From: Balanoglossus misakiensis
Taxonomy: Eukaryota > Animalia > Hemichordata
Direction of reading: 5' to 3'
Length of the DNA stretch: 64,000 nucleotides
Assembly: GCA_040954595.2 (NCBI GenBank)
Contig: CM082585.2
Span: 3,688,902-3,752,901, forward strand
How positions within the stretch are numbered: position 1 is the first letter of the stretch; each line of letters begins with the position of its first letter. The notes under the pieces are model-generated. The model saw nothing but the letters and a program-made list of their open reading frames with translations, ran no database searches and had not been told where the DNA came from. This document shows positions 23,401-35,777 of the stretch, piece by piece. Both the position numbers and the translations under genes were made by a program.

Positions 23401-26400
23401 AGCTAAGTGTGAAAGAGATAGACTGTTATTAACTGGACATTTGATCTCTAGCAGCCCATCTATGTCAGTGACATGAGGGTCCAATACCAAGCCGTCAGGG
23501 CTGCATCCTTGATGTGGCAGACATTCATCAATTACAAATCCACACTCAGATACTTTGAGATCTGGTTTGCCGTTATTATGCATATACCGGAGGTAGAGGT
23601 TTCGTGCCTTGGCTTCCATCTGCAAACCGTGATTACATGCTGCGTTAGAGAACGTATGGTACTGCATCACATCACGAATGGTGTTGTCCGGGGGAGTATT
23701 TACTCGCATTTTACAAACCTTTCCAAATTTTGAAGATGTTATTCTACCAACTCTATAACCAAACCATTCCCTATTTTCACTCTGCCCTCTAGTGGCCATC
23801 TCTACAGATTCTACCTCACTCTTTGACATTGACATACTATTCTTAAATTCACTAAATTTCTTAATATATTTCTCTTGGGTTAAATCTTCACTATCAAGTA
23901 TACTCTCATCTCTTTTAGGAATTAACAGTTTTTTATTGCGTTCACTCGTACTGTTATTTGATTCAGTTAATATATTTCGTGCATTTGTTATCGTTGGTTT
24001 ACTTTCAGCTGTAGTACTCACTTCTACCTGCATGGCAAGGCTCAGATCTTCAGACAAATTTACACTAAATGAAAGGTCTACTGGATGACAGTTATTTGGT
24101 GTTGAAGGAACTTCTTCAATATTTTCAGGACGTAACCTACTTAAAGCAAATGAATTCCTGGCAGGTACTTTTACTGGGTTATTCAGTAACTGTTCACGTA
24201 GTATCAGTAGCCTGTTGTAATCTACATTTCGCTGCAATGGAGATCTAGCATCATGAATGCCAGCATGTACTGTCTTAGTTGTCTTCGGTTTTCCATGATC
24301 TGGTTTGTAGACTGCTACTTCATCCATTGGCTGTGAATGTACACGCGAGCCTGGAAATAGATTGTTTAATGTTAGTGAAAATCACCTTTATATTTAATAA
24401 AGATAAACACATTAAATATTTTACTTCTGAACTATTTTCTGTAATGATATATCATATGGACATTAGTATGTACTCATTGGCAGGATGTTATACACTTTGC
24501 TCATGGTATACACTTTGCCCAGGATAGATGGTATACACTTTGCCCAGGATAGATTGCCCAGGATAGATGGTATACACTTTGCCCAGAATAGATGGTATAC
24601 ACTTTGCTCAAGATAGATGTTATACACTTTGCCCAGGATAGATGGTATACACTTTGCCCATGATAGATTGCCCAGGATAGATGGTATACACTTTGCCCAG
24701 AATAGATGGTATACACTTTGCTCAAGATAGATGTTATATACTTTGCACAGGGATAGATGGTATACACTTCCCGCAATGTATACAGTAGATACTAGTATAT
24801 AGTTTACATTATAGCCAGCATAGATGGCATACACTTTGCTCAAGATAGATGTTATACACTTTGCACAGGGATAGATGGTATACACTTCCCGCAATGTATA
24901 CAGTAGATACTAGTATATAGTTTACATTATAGCCAGCATAGATGGCATACACTTTGCCCAGGAAGAATGTTTATAACTTCCATACATATTTATTACGAAA
25001 ATAGTTAATTTAATTTTAAGCCAAAAAAATAAGATACTTACTTTTATGCGATATCCACTTGCATAAAATTTCTGTGCATCTTGGACCATCTTTCAAATTT
25101 TTGTGTCCCATGGCAACAAAATCCTCAACAGCAAACAATAAAGCACCTACATGACTACATGCTTGTCCCAAACTATCAGAGAACAAAAAAAAAACATAAT
25201 TATGTGTCAATAATCTAATAGGTACAGTGATCTTAGTTCTTATATAAATACAGATCTAAATTAGGTTCTACCTTTTTTATGTGCATATAAAACCGGAGAA
25301 GCTGGTGGGAACAATATATAGATATTTATATATACTTGGACTTGGAAAATACGGATATTAGATACTAACCCCGCTACACACCGACATGATGCCCCATATG
25401 GCTGCCCACGACGATCCATACATACGGTGACGGTGTATATTTTCTTGGTATCCTGTGATGCATTGCATTTGGCACGTATAAAACAGAACGAGGAGGAAGG
25501 CCTGTATGCATTGTACTCGATACAGTGAACATTTCCAGCATCATACAGTCTAAATGATCGGAGAGCCTTGTACGCACGCAAAGAATCCCGGTCAAATGTG
25601 TTATCGTTACTCTCTATCAAATACCGTTTGATATGTTCGTGATCCACCGGAGGAATCGGTCGTATATCTGAGGACCATCCAGTTGATATTTTGTCAAAGT
25701 TTGGCAAGGAATCATACTCTGTTTTCAGCGCAGGGTTGTCAAACAGAGTGCGGCCAGCTGGCAGACGACGCTTCTTAAGATCACCGTGACGGTCACTTGC
25801 ACCGCAAGTTGAGACATCAAAATGGTCACACAAACGAAATATTAAATCAGCTTTACGCCCACTGGTATCTATGTGCTCCACTTGACATAACTGGCGAAGT
25901 TTTTGGTAACTCAAAGCTTTCAACTCTTTGTAAGTACCCGGAACACACCGAGTAACCAGGGAAGCCGCGTCCGTGGAGTCCGCCATGAAAACAACCGGAA
26001 GTAAAGTATATCCCTGAGGTTAAGATGATGTCATAATTACAATGCATTGTGGGATAACCGGGAAAAGGACTATATGATCAGCACACCACAATTCGACAGC
26101 GGACGTGATCACAAGAGGATGGGGGTCAGGAGGGGGATCCTCCAGCTGTCGGAACTTTTGAAAAATTTAGGTTAAAATGGTGTTATTTGGTGGCACGTGG
26201 AGAGTATTTTTTTCATATAAACTTTGTATAACGTGGTTTTATGATCTCGGATGACATCACAAACTTGCAAGATAGATGATAACTACGATGGCAGCCTGCA
26301 TGATCGACTCACAAATTTATGGAAAACTAGTTTTAGTACCGGTAACTATTTTGTCATTTTCACTAAGAACATTGTTACTGTGATACTGATAGGACCTTAT

Positions 26401-29400
26401 TCAAATAAGCTGTTTTGAGGATTGTGAAAAATCAGCTGAAAAATGCCTGGTTTCTCATCTCAGAATAAGCAAAATAAGAAAAATGATGTCAAAGATTCAT
26501 CTTTGTCTCTTCAATACAACACTATTATTAATGAAATTTATTTTTATTTGTTTACACAGCCAGTTGTTCTACTATGGACTTTAACTCTGAAACAGGGAGA
26601 TTATTTGTAGGACTGGAGAATGGAACAGTATCAGAATTTGTCTTATCAGATGATTTCAACAGAATGACACAAAAAAGAAATTATCTTGGTATGTACTCGG
26701 AATCATGTGCATTCCCATAGTGATAGCAAAATGCTACCATAATGTTGAGGCTGCAAATTGCATATTTTTACAGATCACATGAATTTAAAGGGACAAAGTC
26801 TCTCTATCGCTGCCCTTTTTCCATTCATTATGTTTGATACAAGACACCGTTTATGTTATTCTACACGTGGATATATATTGAATCAACGTTTAACCACACA
26901 CAACTTCCATCCCACTTGTAGACACGAGAGTAAAACGCCGAAATAAATAATCGGTGTTTACCATTTATTCATTTTGGCGAGATTTGTACTCTCATATCCT
27001 ACAAACAGGATGGAAGTTGTGTGTGGTCGAACGTTTATTCACTATATATCCACATGTAGAATAACATAAACGGTGTCTTGGATTAAACGTAATTAATGAA
27101 AAAAGGGCAGTGAGAGAGAGACTTTGTCCCTTTAATATGACAAAGACAAGGGTCTGTTTGCACGCAGTTCACCTTGATCTGGAAACTTGAAGAATCAGCG
27201 GGAGTTTCAAACTGAATATTCAGGCAAAATTATCCGTGAAAGCAATTCTTGAAAATTTATATGTTGTGTGATTGAGTTTGTCACGCCAACTTGGAAAGTG
27301 GGTTGGCCAGCTGATATCTCTGAATGCAAAGAGATTAAAAGAAAAACTTCACTGCTTGGATTAGACAATGTACAAGTATTCCCTGTTATTTTACAACCAA
27401 TACTCAGCATAGTACATTCTTCCACAATATGGGATTTTGGATCTTGTGTTCTCAATCCATGCCTTGTTTGTCATGCAAGAAAATTCGAAGCCATACAAGT
27501 CATGTTGTCAATACGAAATCATGGTTGGAATACTTCAACTTATTATTGGTGATAGAATGCCGCAAAAAATAAGTTTGTTTTATGGACCAAAGGGTTATTC
27601 AAACTTTGAAGACTCTGAACAAAAACAAAGAAAATTCTGCATTGTAACAACATTGTGGAGTATTCATGGTCGTATACAGGAATATCAATATGTCTTCCTT
27701 CTCTAAAAATGAATACTCAGGCTATAGTTGATGTTGTTGTCATTGAATGAAGTTGGTGAGGTATACTTTTATGTAGAAGGCCTCGTCAGTATACAGTTTG
27801 TATCTCTTTCATGGTCATTATTACAACCATAGTATTTACAAATAGGCATAGTACAGCACAGATCGCCTTCTGTTTCAGATGTCTAAAATATTTTTAACAG
27901 GACTCCCTCCCTAGTTATGGGATCCCCTAGGCACTGCATGAAACCCTGAAACTTTTACGTTTCATGTCCAGGCATTTTTCCCAGCATGCATGGCAAAAAA
28001 ACCCGGTCAAGATGGCCACACGGTAGTGAGTTCATTTTACCCATGCACCATTTTACTAAATGTGTGCATTGCACATCAAACTTTTGCCTCAGAAGTGATT
28101 AAGACATTAGTGCAATGTGGGTTCAAGCTGGTGTGAAATTTTCCTTCAATGCAATTTTCTGCACGTGGCTCACTGCTAAAAAATTGACAACTATTGTTTT
28201 ATTTTTGCTTTGCCGATTTGGCTAATTTGATCATTGATGGAAAATCTCACTAAATGCCACTTTTTCTCACATTTGCAGTTTCATAAGTGGTCAGCGAGAA
28301 CACTTACACAGCTTGCTTTTGTGATTTTCCCATATTTGTCTTAATACATGTAGAAATATCTCACCAATCTGTTCATCACATAACCACCATGTGTGGTGTC
28401 GTGTCACTTATTTTATTTATTGTTTTTTGCAGCACACCAGAGTCGAGTGACCGGTGTTTTATTTAGCCTTTTATCAGAGTGGGTTCTAAGTGTCGGGCGC
28501 GATAAATATTTCCAATGGCATTGCAGTGAAACTGGTAGAAGGTTAGGTGGATATCAATCGGCATCATGGTGTACATGTCTACAGTATCCTTTACAAAATA
28601 TGGTATAATAATATTAATAATATTAATGATAATGATTTCTTTTATAGCACATTACATAATACATCTCAATGCGCTTTACAATTTTTCCGCTGGTTGGACC
28701 TATATATTCCATTCATCTCCCTGGGAAGCAACCAACAGCTCACATGTGCAGCCATTAAATCAACGCAGCAGAGCTAAACATACACATTGCAATCTCTGTC
28801 CTACCAAGGTACCCATTACTCCTGGGTGGGGAGAAGCAATGAGGGGTAAAGTGCCTTGCCAAAGGACACAACACCACAGCCATGCGTAACCAATGCTCTA
28901 ACCACTGGGCTAAGATGTCTCCATTATATCTGCTATGCGTGACAGTATGTCAGCCAGGCAGATGTAAAAGAGGTCACATGCAGACAGATATTTATTGGCA
29001 TGACTGCTCAGAAAGTTCTCTGCCCTCTAAGCCCATATGACGCGCCACAAACTCACTGGTTACTCAAAAACAGTATCCACACTACTGGTACATGCAAAGG
29101 TATAGGGCTGACACAGTGAAGTTTTTACAAATCCTCAAATTCACTCAAATCTTTTAAAATTATATTTGTTAAAGGGCACTCTGGTTCTTTGATTTGATTT
29201 ACTGTTTGTAATTAAGAGAAGTGATCTGATTTGAGTTACACCTTGTAATGAGAATGTTTCAGTATTTACCTTAACATATTCTTCCATCTCAGATATGATG
29301 GAGAGTCCAAACATGCATTTGTTGGCGATTATTCTGGTAGTATTAGTGTGCTTAAAGTGGAGGATAATAACTGTAGTCTTATCACCACACTCAAGGGACA

Positions 29401-32400
29401 TTCGGGTAAATGGGATTTCTCAATCAAATGTAGATGATTTTATGATATTAAAGCCCCAATCAGCTGCCACTTTTACCATATTTTTAATTGAAAAATATTT
29501 TTCTCTTTGTCTGCAGTCGACAAATGACACAACTTTGAGGGGATTTCAATACTTGCAATGGGCAGTTGAATAAATGCGTGTAGTACCCATTTAATTATTT
29601 TTGTACATATTCACATGTATAGCCACAATCAGAAGTTCATAATATGTTTGCATATACCCACCAGTCAACTCACTTAAATTAAAATAGTTCATAACATGGC
29701 AGCTATTGGGGCTTTAATTGGCTCAGGTGACCACCCATCAAAAGGCAATATTTTATCCTGTACACTTACATAGTAAATGATCTACTCTTCAACTCTGGAA
29801 ATAACCAGTACTCTACCACATGCATTATTCTGAATTGAAAATCTACCAGTACATTATATACACGTTGTATAATGGTTTTATCATTGTAAAGTCCTGAAAC
29901 AATTCAATCAGACATTCAGTTCTACTGTAATTTGCCAGTTACCTCAGGAACGATAATATGTTTGTTCATATCATGTGAAATTTACCAGTAGATGAAATAG
30001 CACGGTTCACATCGAATGGTTTTGTCTGCTTGAAACAGGTAGTATTCGTAGCATGGCCTGGGATATTGAAAGGAGGTTACTATTTTCTGGTAGTTTTGAT
30101 CAGTCTATTATTATCTGGGACATTGGAGACCAACAAGGTACAGCTTATGAACTACAGGGACACACGTAAGTTTCACAATATGAGTGATTGTGAAGATCAA
30201 ATACATGTAGTTTGACGCATGAAACATGATATAGAAACATGCTAATTGTTGGTTTGTGCATGATGTGCCAACAGTTCTCCATCCAAGTTTGTCTGTGTGT
30301 GTGTGTGTGTGTGTGTGCGTGTGCGTAAAATCCTCTTCAAAACAATCACCAAAGGGACTGAAAAATGTATCAGTATAAGTGATGTAACAGATAATATGTG
30401 TTATATTTCAGAGAGAAAGTGCAAGCATTGGCATATTCTGCCCAGTCCAGACAGTTATTTTCTGGTGGTGCTGATAACAGGATAGTCATTTGGAATATGG
30501 ATATACAAAGACAAGAGGTACACAGATCATTCTTGCTTAACCCTTTCACCCCCAGTTGCCCCCTTATAGTGGTCCAACGTACCATAGAAACAATGGGTTT
30601 GGACACCTACCATAGTCTCGGTTACCCAGAGCCCTCTGCTTCTTCCGTTGGGCACTCCAGAAAGAGGGTCTGGGCAAACACCATGGACAAATCTCCGGGC
30701 AAAGATGGCCGACCTGAGACAAAAGCGATGCATGATGGTTGCAGCCTCAAACATTAAAAAACATGCTGAGAAGTGCTAGACCTGGTAAAACTGTCTACAA
30801 ATTGAAAAGAGAGAGAGAGAAATGTGGTAATGTTCTCTAATATCGTCATATCATAATATCAAATGTCACAAATGTCAACCATCATGCATCGCTTTTGTCT
30901 CAAGTCGGCCATCTTGGCCCAGAGATTTTTAGATCTTGTCCTGCTTTAAACAAAAAAAAACATTAAAAGAAATTAAACTGAGTTGCAATTTCGACTATGG
31001 ATTGACCCAGAAGTAGATAACGACCTGTCTTCAGTGTGTAAACACTTACGTAAAAACAGCACATGCTGTACTCAGCATTGAGATGGCAATGTGCATGTTT
31101 TCACCCAGTCACTTGCAATTGGTTTTCATTTCTGTCACAACTGCAGCACTATGAATGTTTGCTCCTCTTGGGTTTTAGATTGATGAAAAAGTTTAAATCT
31201 GTGTTTCAAATAATGCAAAAAAGATAATTTGGTTTATTTTTGTCAGGGGCCTGCAAAATAGGAATGTTTACGGTCAACAAGTCATCTTCATGTAGACATG
31301 GGGTCCTCTCCAGTGTTGACATTATATGTTTGTCAAACCACACTGAGGGAGGGGGGGAGGTCATGTTATTTCTTTGTAGGCATTTGAGACTGTCCATGTA
31401 ATGGTGTGAGAGTCTTATGTCAAAACTTAAAGTCAATTTTATAATCTTAAATTTTAGGTTTCTTTCTTTACCCTTGATTGATCTTACATCCTGGTGATCT
31501 GTTGGTACGACATCATACATCATTCAATTTTACATACAACATTTACACTTTTGTAACAGCCAATATTCAAAATCTTTGTTCTAAGATGAGTTAGAGCAAA
31601 CAGATTCAATAGTATGGTCAACAGATCAGAGTTTAAACTGAAAATGGTATGAGGTCATACGAACTCAATGCCAGGATGTAAAGGTCACATAAGGGTCGTG
31701 AAAGTGGCCTGTGACAAAATGGTAATACAGAAGTATATATTGCAATTATACTGTCTTGTCTCTAATACATGTAATCCTGTTAGCACAGAATAGTTGATAT
31801 GACACATGACCAGAATTAGGATGATATTTGTTTTGATTTGTTTTTATTTACAGACTCCAGAATGGGCTGATAGTGACATCTGTCAGAAATGTGATGCGCC
31901 ATTCTTCTGGAATTTTAAGAAAATGTGGTCAGAGAAGACATTGGGCATACGACAGGTATGTATGTTTATTCTTGTTGGATTTGGTGCAAAGGAGGAGGAG
32001 GTGCCACTTCTCGGCATATTTTCAGGATTAGGTTTTTTTGTTGTAACAGTAGAAAATATTTGAATTTCTCTTCACATTTGGCCACATGAAAAGATGACGA
32101 AATACGGTACATGTTTAATGCAAAAAATATATTCACACTGCAGACGGGATCTCCCGTTCAACTGAGCCAGCTCGACTCAGAGCACACACAGCAAGCGACC
32201 TAGCTGGCCTACAGAATGCATCAGTCCACAGAAAGATTGTATTCTCAGTGGGGATTATTTGCTAACTGCACCCCAAGGCTCCAGCTGAGCCCAGCATAGA
32301 CTCAAAACATGGGGCTAATGTCATTTATCCCTAATGGTTAACAGTTTGTCCTAGTCTAGTGCTGCTTACCCCATGTTCGGATAATGCATGGTGTTAAGCC

Positions 32401-34233
32401 TAAAGAAGCCACTGAATAAGCCCACTGGGAAAGCCATGTGTTAGAGATATCTTTTCTTATGTATGTAAAACAGATTTGGATAATTATCTCATGAACGAGC
32501 CTGTATCACCTCTAGTGTGACATATAACAGCACATATAAAAACCCGAATTACCTGTCCAAGTTTTACTGAGTGGAACCATGAAATGAACTGCAGATAATT
32601 GTTTAAATGATTATTAAAGGGACATTAGCTGCAACTTTTGGCTTTAGAATCAGTATTTTTGTACTGTGTGCCAAATGCAATTTCTTGTTGTACTCAAAAC
32701 AGCATGCTAAATATATCTAGTACTCCTCCTGTCAACACACCCTGTATGTGTGTAACAACCATTGTTATTGTTGACAAATTGTAGTCCGGACTTGAATTCA
32801 AATTTTGCGCAATAACAATGCTGATTATATATGTATAGTTTGTGTTTAATAAGCTGGATTCTGGGCATTTCATCATGCGTCAGGGGTTTGTACAATAAAC
32901 TGCAGTACATACACAAAACAAAAATACTGAAAGCATAGCAAAAAGTCACAGCTAATGGCGCTTTAAATAATTTGAGTATCACAAGTAAACTTTACGTTCC
33001 ATGTATTTGACAGCATCATTGCAGGAAATGTGGCAAAGCAGTGTGTAATCCATGCAGTGAAGTCAAGTCTACAATTCCCATCATGGGCTTTGAATTTGAA
33101 GTCAGAGTCTGTGCAGAATGCTTTGAAAAAATAACTGATGAAGAGTAAGTTGACTTGATTATCTCATATATGGGTGTAATGTGGCCATGTGATTGGGATC
33201 CATTAGTGAGCGTGGCAGTCTGTCTGTCTGTCTGTCCATTCAGAGGCATTCTGTGAAACTGCTTGTCCGATTATTTCGAAATTTGGTGTGTAGATCCTTG
33301 GGAGTGATGATCAGATGTTCAAATTATGACCGAATATGCTCTATTGTGTTTTTGGGGGGCAATGTCTGTTTTGTTCAAAACTCTTCTCAGATTCTGCTTG
33401 TCTGATTGCGTTGAAATTTGGTACAATGCAAAGGAGGAGCTTCCACTTTGCGGCATATATTCAGGATTAGGTTTGTTGCATTTGGCCACATGCCAAGATG
33501 AAGAGCAGAAACACGGTACATATTCAATGCAAAAATAGAAGCTTCAGTGTAGACACACAAAGAAAAATAATGAAAACATAACGAAAAGTTACAGCTTATG
33601 GAGCTTTATTGACAATGACTTATTGCTTTTTGTTTCAGTCGTGCGCCGATGGCAACATTTCATGACGGTAAACACGCCATCATAGACATGTTTTTAGATG
33701 AAGTGAAAGGCCAACTCTTAACGTGTGGAACAGACAAAGTGATTAAGGTGACTGAAACTTGCATCCTATGTTAATCCTGTTTTGAATTTATTCTGATATG
33801 GTTATTCTGAAGTTCATTTTATCTGTACCTCTGTGTTTGCAGTATTTATTTTTAAGTGTTGTTATAAACTATTAAAGACCTATTTATGGTAACAGTTACT
33901 GCGTTGCCAGAAGAGGCTGTGGTTTGTTTTGCATGTTTATTATTATTCATCAGCCAGTTCCAGTGCTGGCAAAACACAGCCAATCAGAAAATGTATCTCA
34001 TAAATGTATTCACATGTAAATTAAACATCACTTTTGCTTGGTCGAGTATTACTACAACATAGAATAGATCAACATGCAACACATATGGGCTGTGGCAGGC
34101 AGATTTATTACAAACTTGCATACAACACAATAACTGGTAACTAAAAGTTGATCACTTCAAAGGGTGGCAGAATTAACAATTTCTGTTGTTTTATATCTTC
34201 CAGTTATGGGATGTTCGGTCCATTATCATGTAG
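17484..34233 (+). CDS. WDFY2: WD repeat and FYVE domain protein (WDFY2/WDFY1 family), 400 aa; exons 17484-17620, 18605-18672, 26560-26688, 28433-28583, 29293-29405, 30039-30165, 30412-30517, 31854-31955, 33014-33144, 33639-33747, 34204-34233
   Basis: Spliced exons sum to 1203 nt in frame: [16 protein letters not shown]...[18 protein letters not shown] repeats, FYVE ([10 protein letters not shown]...[13 protein letters not shown]...VRVCAEC), ending LWDVRSIIM*. Confidence 0.95.
18963..21189 (+). CDS. ISL2EU transposase: THAP + HTH + DDE_Tnp_4, exons 18963-19301, 19649-19717, 20074-21189 (~507 aa)
   Basis: THAP (CCVPQC...W...VCNIHF...IPTVFP) and DDE motifs [35 protein letters not shown]; no stops. 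Confidence 0.9.
23059..25986 (-). CDS. ISL2EU second gene: SAP + SWIM zinc finger + YqaJ (lambda exonuclease-like), exons 25986-25370, 25172-25042, 24350-23059 (~679 aa)
   Basis: SAP-like [13 protein letters not shown]...[12 protein letters not shown]; SWIM CRCVAG|LGQACSH across an intron; YqaJ motifs TRGQS..WF..R.GRITSS, GCSPDG, LEIKCP, YYQIQ, WCDF. Splice phases are consistent. Confidence 0.9.
24480..24970. repeat. Minisatellite (GATAGATGGTATACACTTTGCCCAG-type ~25-bp units with higher-order duplication) in the YqaJ gene intron
   Basis: Directly visible repeats. Confidence 0.9.
26789..27131. mobile_element. Palindromic MITE with TTAA TSD (Kolobok-like ends AGGGACAAAGTCTCTC)
   Basis: TTAA|AGGGACAAAGTCTCTC...GAGAGACTTTGTCCCT|TTAA. 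Related copies at ~18240-18460, 59064-59359, 59409-59912 and 60325-60662. Confidence 0.8.
28584..29292 (+). other. U12-type (minor spliceosome) GT-AG intron in WDFY2
   Basis: Donor GTATCCTTT; branch site TACCTTAAC at ~29267-29275, 17 nt before the exon; splicing restores CLQ|YDGES. Confidence 0.9.
29448..29718. mobile_element. TTAA-flanked MITE (AGCCCCAAT.AGCTGCCA ends); related copy at ~39999-40331
   Basis: TTAAAGCCCCAATCAGCTGCCA...TGGCAGCTATTGGGGCTTTAA. Confidence 0.7.
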
Positions 34234-35436
34234 CAGTTACCGCAGAAACAAGGCGGGGATCTCTGTTACCATACCAATAGGCAACAATCACCCTGACCAT
34301 TTCAGAGCTCACATAAATCACCATGTTCAGAAGACTGTTTTTGTTTTCCAAGGTTATATCTGTCACTTTCAAATATCATACCAGTATGGTGTTAACTTCG
34401 TTTACAGTAGGAACGCTTGCATGAATTTGTTGATTGGAATTCTTGCTGCTTGATAAAAGAACTTGCCTTCTGTGGAAACTGTCAGAACCCGGCCGGTAGC
34501 AGTAGTGTGTGCATCCCAAGAAGCTACATACCCTTTCAATGCTAGCCTAGAAATATTTCCCTGTTAGAAAAATAGCTGTAGAAAGTCATATGACACCGCA
34601 ATCTGATTAAAATCAGATGTAGAGTTAGGCGCTGGTGATGGTTTTGGTTATTCTGTTCTCTTGGCTTTGGCTGTTATGTTCTCTGTCTTGGCTGTTCTCG
34701 TCCTTCCAAACAGAAACATCCAAGAATCAGCAAAATTAAAGATGGCATCTAACTCTACATCTGGTTTTAATCAGATTGATTGCATGGCCACATACAATAA
34801 GTGTGGACTGTTCTGTCACATATAGATAAAAATATATTACTACTATGAGGGCATGAAAGGTTACAGATGTAACTTATTGGGTCACCCATTCAGCTGTGGC
34901 GGGATATGGGAAGACCTGTAACAGAGATACACAAAACATTGTGGCTGCTACAGGCTGATTTCTCGCAACCTCTCACGGACGTCTGTGAACTTTTGAAGTG
35001 CGAATGTGAACATACAAGTTGGTGTCCAAGGGTCTGATGAAGAGGCCTGAGGAAAATACACACAAGCTTTACCCAACGGTAGTTTCTGTCATATACTGTA
35101 AAGCGGGAAATTTTTGTGACATGAAATTTTTGCGATATCTAAAGAGGCAACTGTTACACAATGATAAATTTTCGCGTTCTCATATTCCACTGCACCGTTA
35201 TCTCCAAAAAACATTTTTACTGGACCTTTTATCTTTGTGTTTTGTTGGCTCTCGTGTAGTTCGTGAAAATGTATCATACACGAAAATGTCCTGTTTTACA
35301 GAAGATGCAAATGAACTTTGATCAATACAGAAGTGTGGGCTACACATATGATACAGGACTTAATGTCTTTGCCTGCTGACACATCCTAGTACTGAGCTTG
35401 TGAGCAGCAAATTGCTGGGGTTTTGGGGGTCTGTGT

Positions 35437-35777
35437 TAGTCTAGAATCCAGACTTATGTGTTTTTTCGCTATGCTCCTCTCATAGTCTACACTCTTTCAC
35501 AGCCCACGGTTCGCTACAAGGCTCTTTACTGACGGCCCTCACCCACATAGGTGAAGCACCATATGGTGTTGTGTACCTGAACAGGTACACATGCAATCAG
35601 ACCATAAGCCTGCATGGATGGTGAGAGGGGCTGTGAGAGAGTCTACACACAGTCTAGCCTTGTCTTATAATTTTTAGAAATAGAGTCCTTTGGCATGCAA
35701 ATAGCAAAATTAGAGTACAAGGCTAGACTGTGTCAAGCATAGCAAAAAAAACCCACACAAGTCTGGATTCTAGACTA
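35437..35777. mobile_element. MITE with TAG...CTA termini and a 9-bp TSD (Academ-like)
   Basis: GGTCTGTGT|TAGTCTAGAATCCAGACTT...AAGTCTGGATTCTAGACTA|GGTCTGTGC. Confidence 0.7.

Larger units (their letters stand above)
18845..26071. mobile_element. ISL2EU-type DNA transposon (7.2 kb) in WDFY2 intron 2
   Basis: Imperfect 19-bp TIRs AGTCGTATTACCGATTATC / GATAACCGGGAAAAGGACT, flanked by AT at 18843-44 and 26072-73. Two convergent genes (THAP-DDE transposase and YqaJ nuclease) match the established ISL2EU layout. Confidence 0.88.

Noticed and set aside
24463-24894. Repetitive 143-aa and 91-aa ORFs
   Set aside because: Translations of an intronic minisatellite.
27140-27710. Overlapping short ORFs in WDFY2 intron 3
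   Set aside because: No recognisable motif in the frames I translated; possibly decayed transposon sequence, but unsupported.
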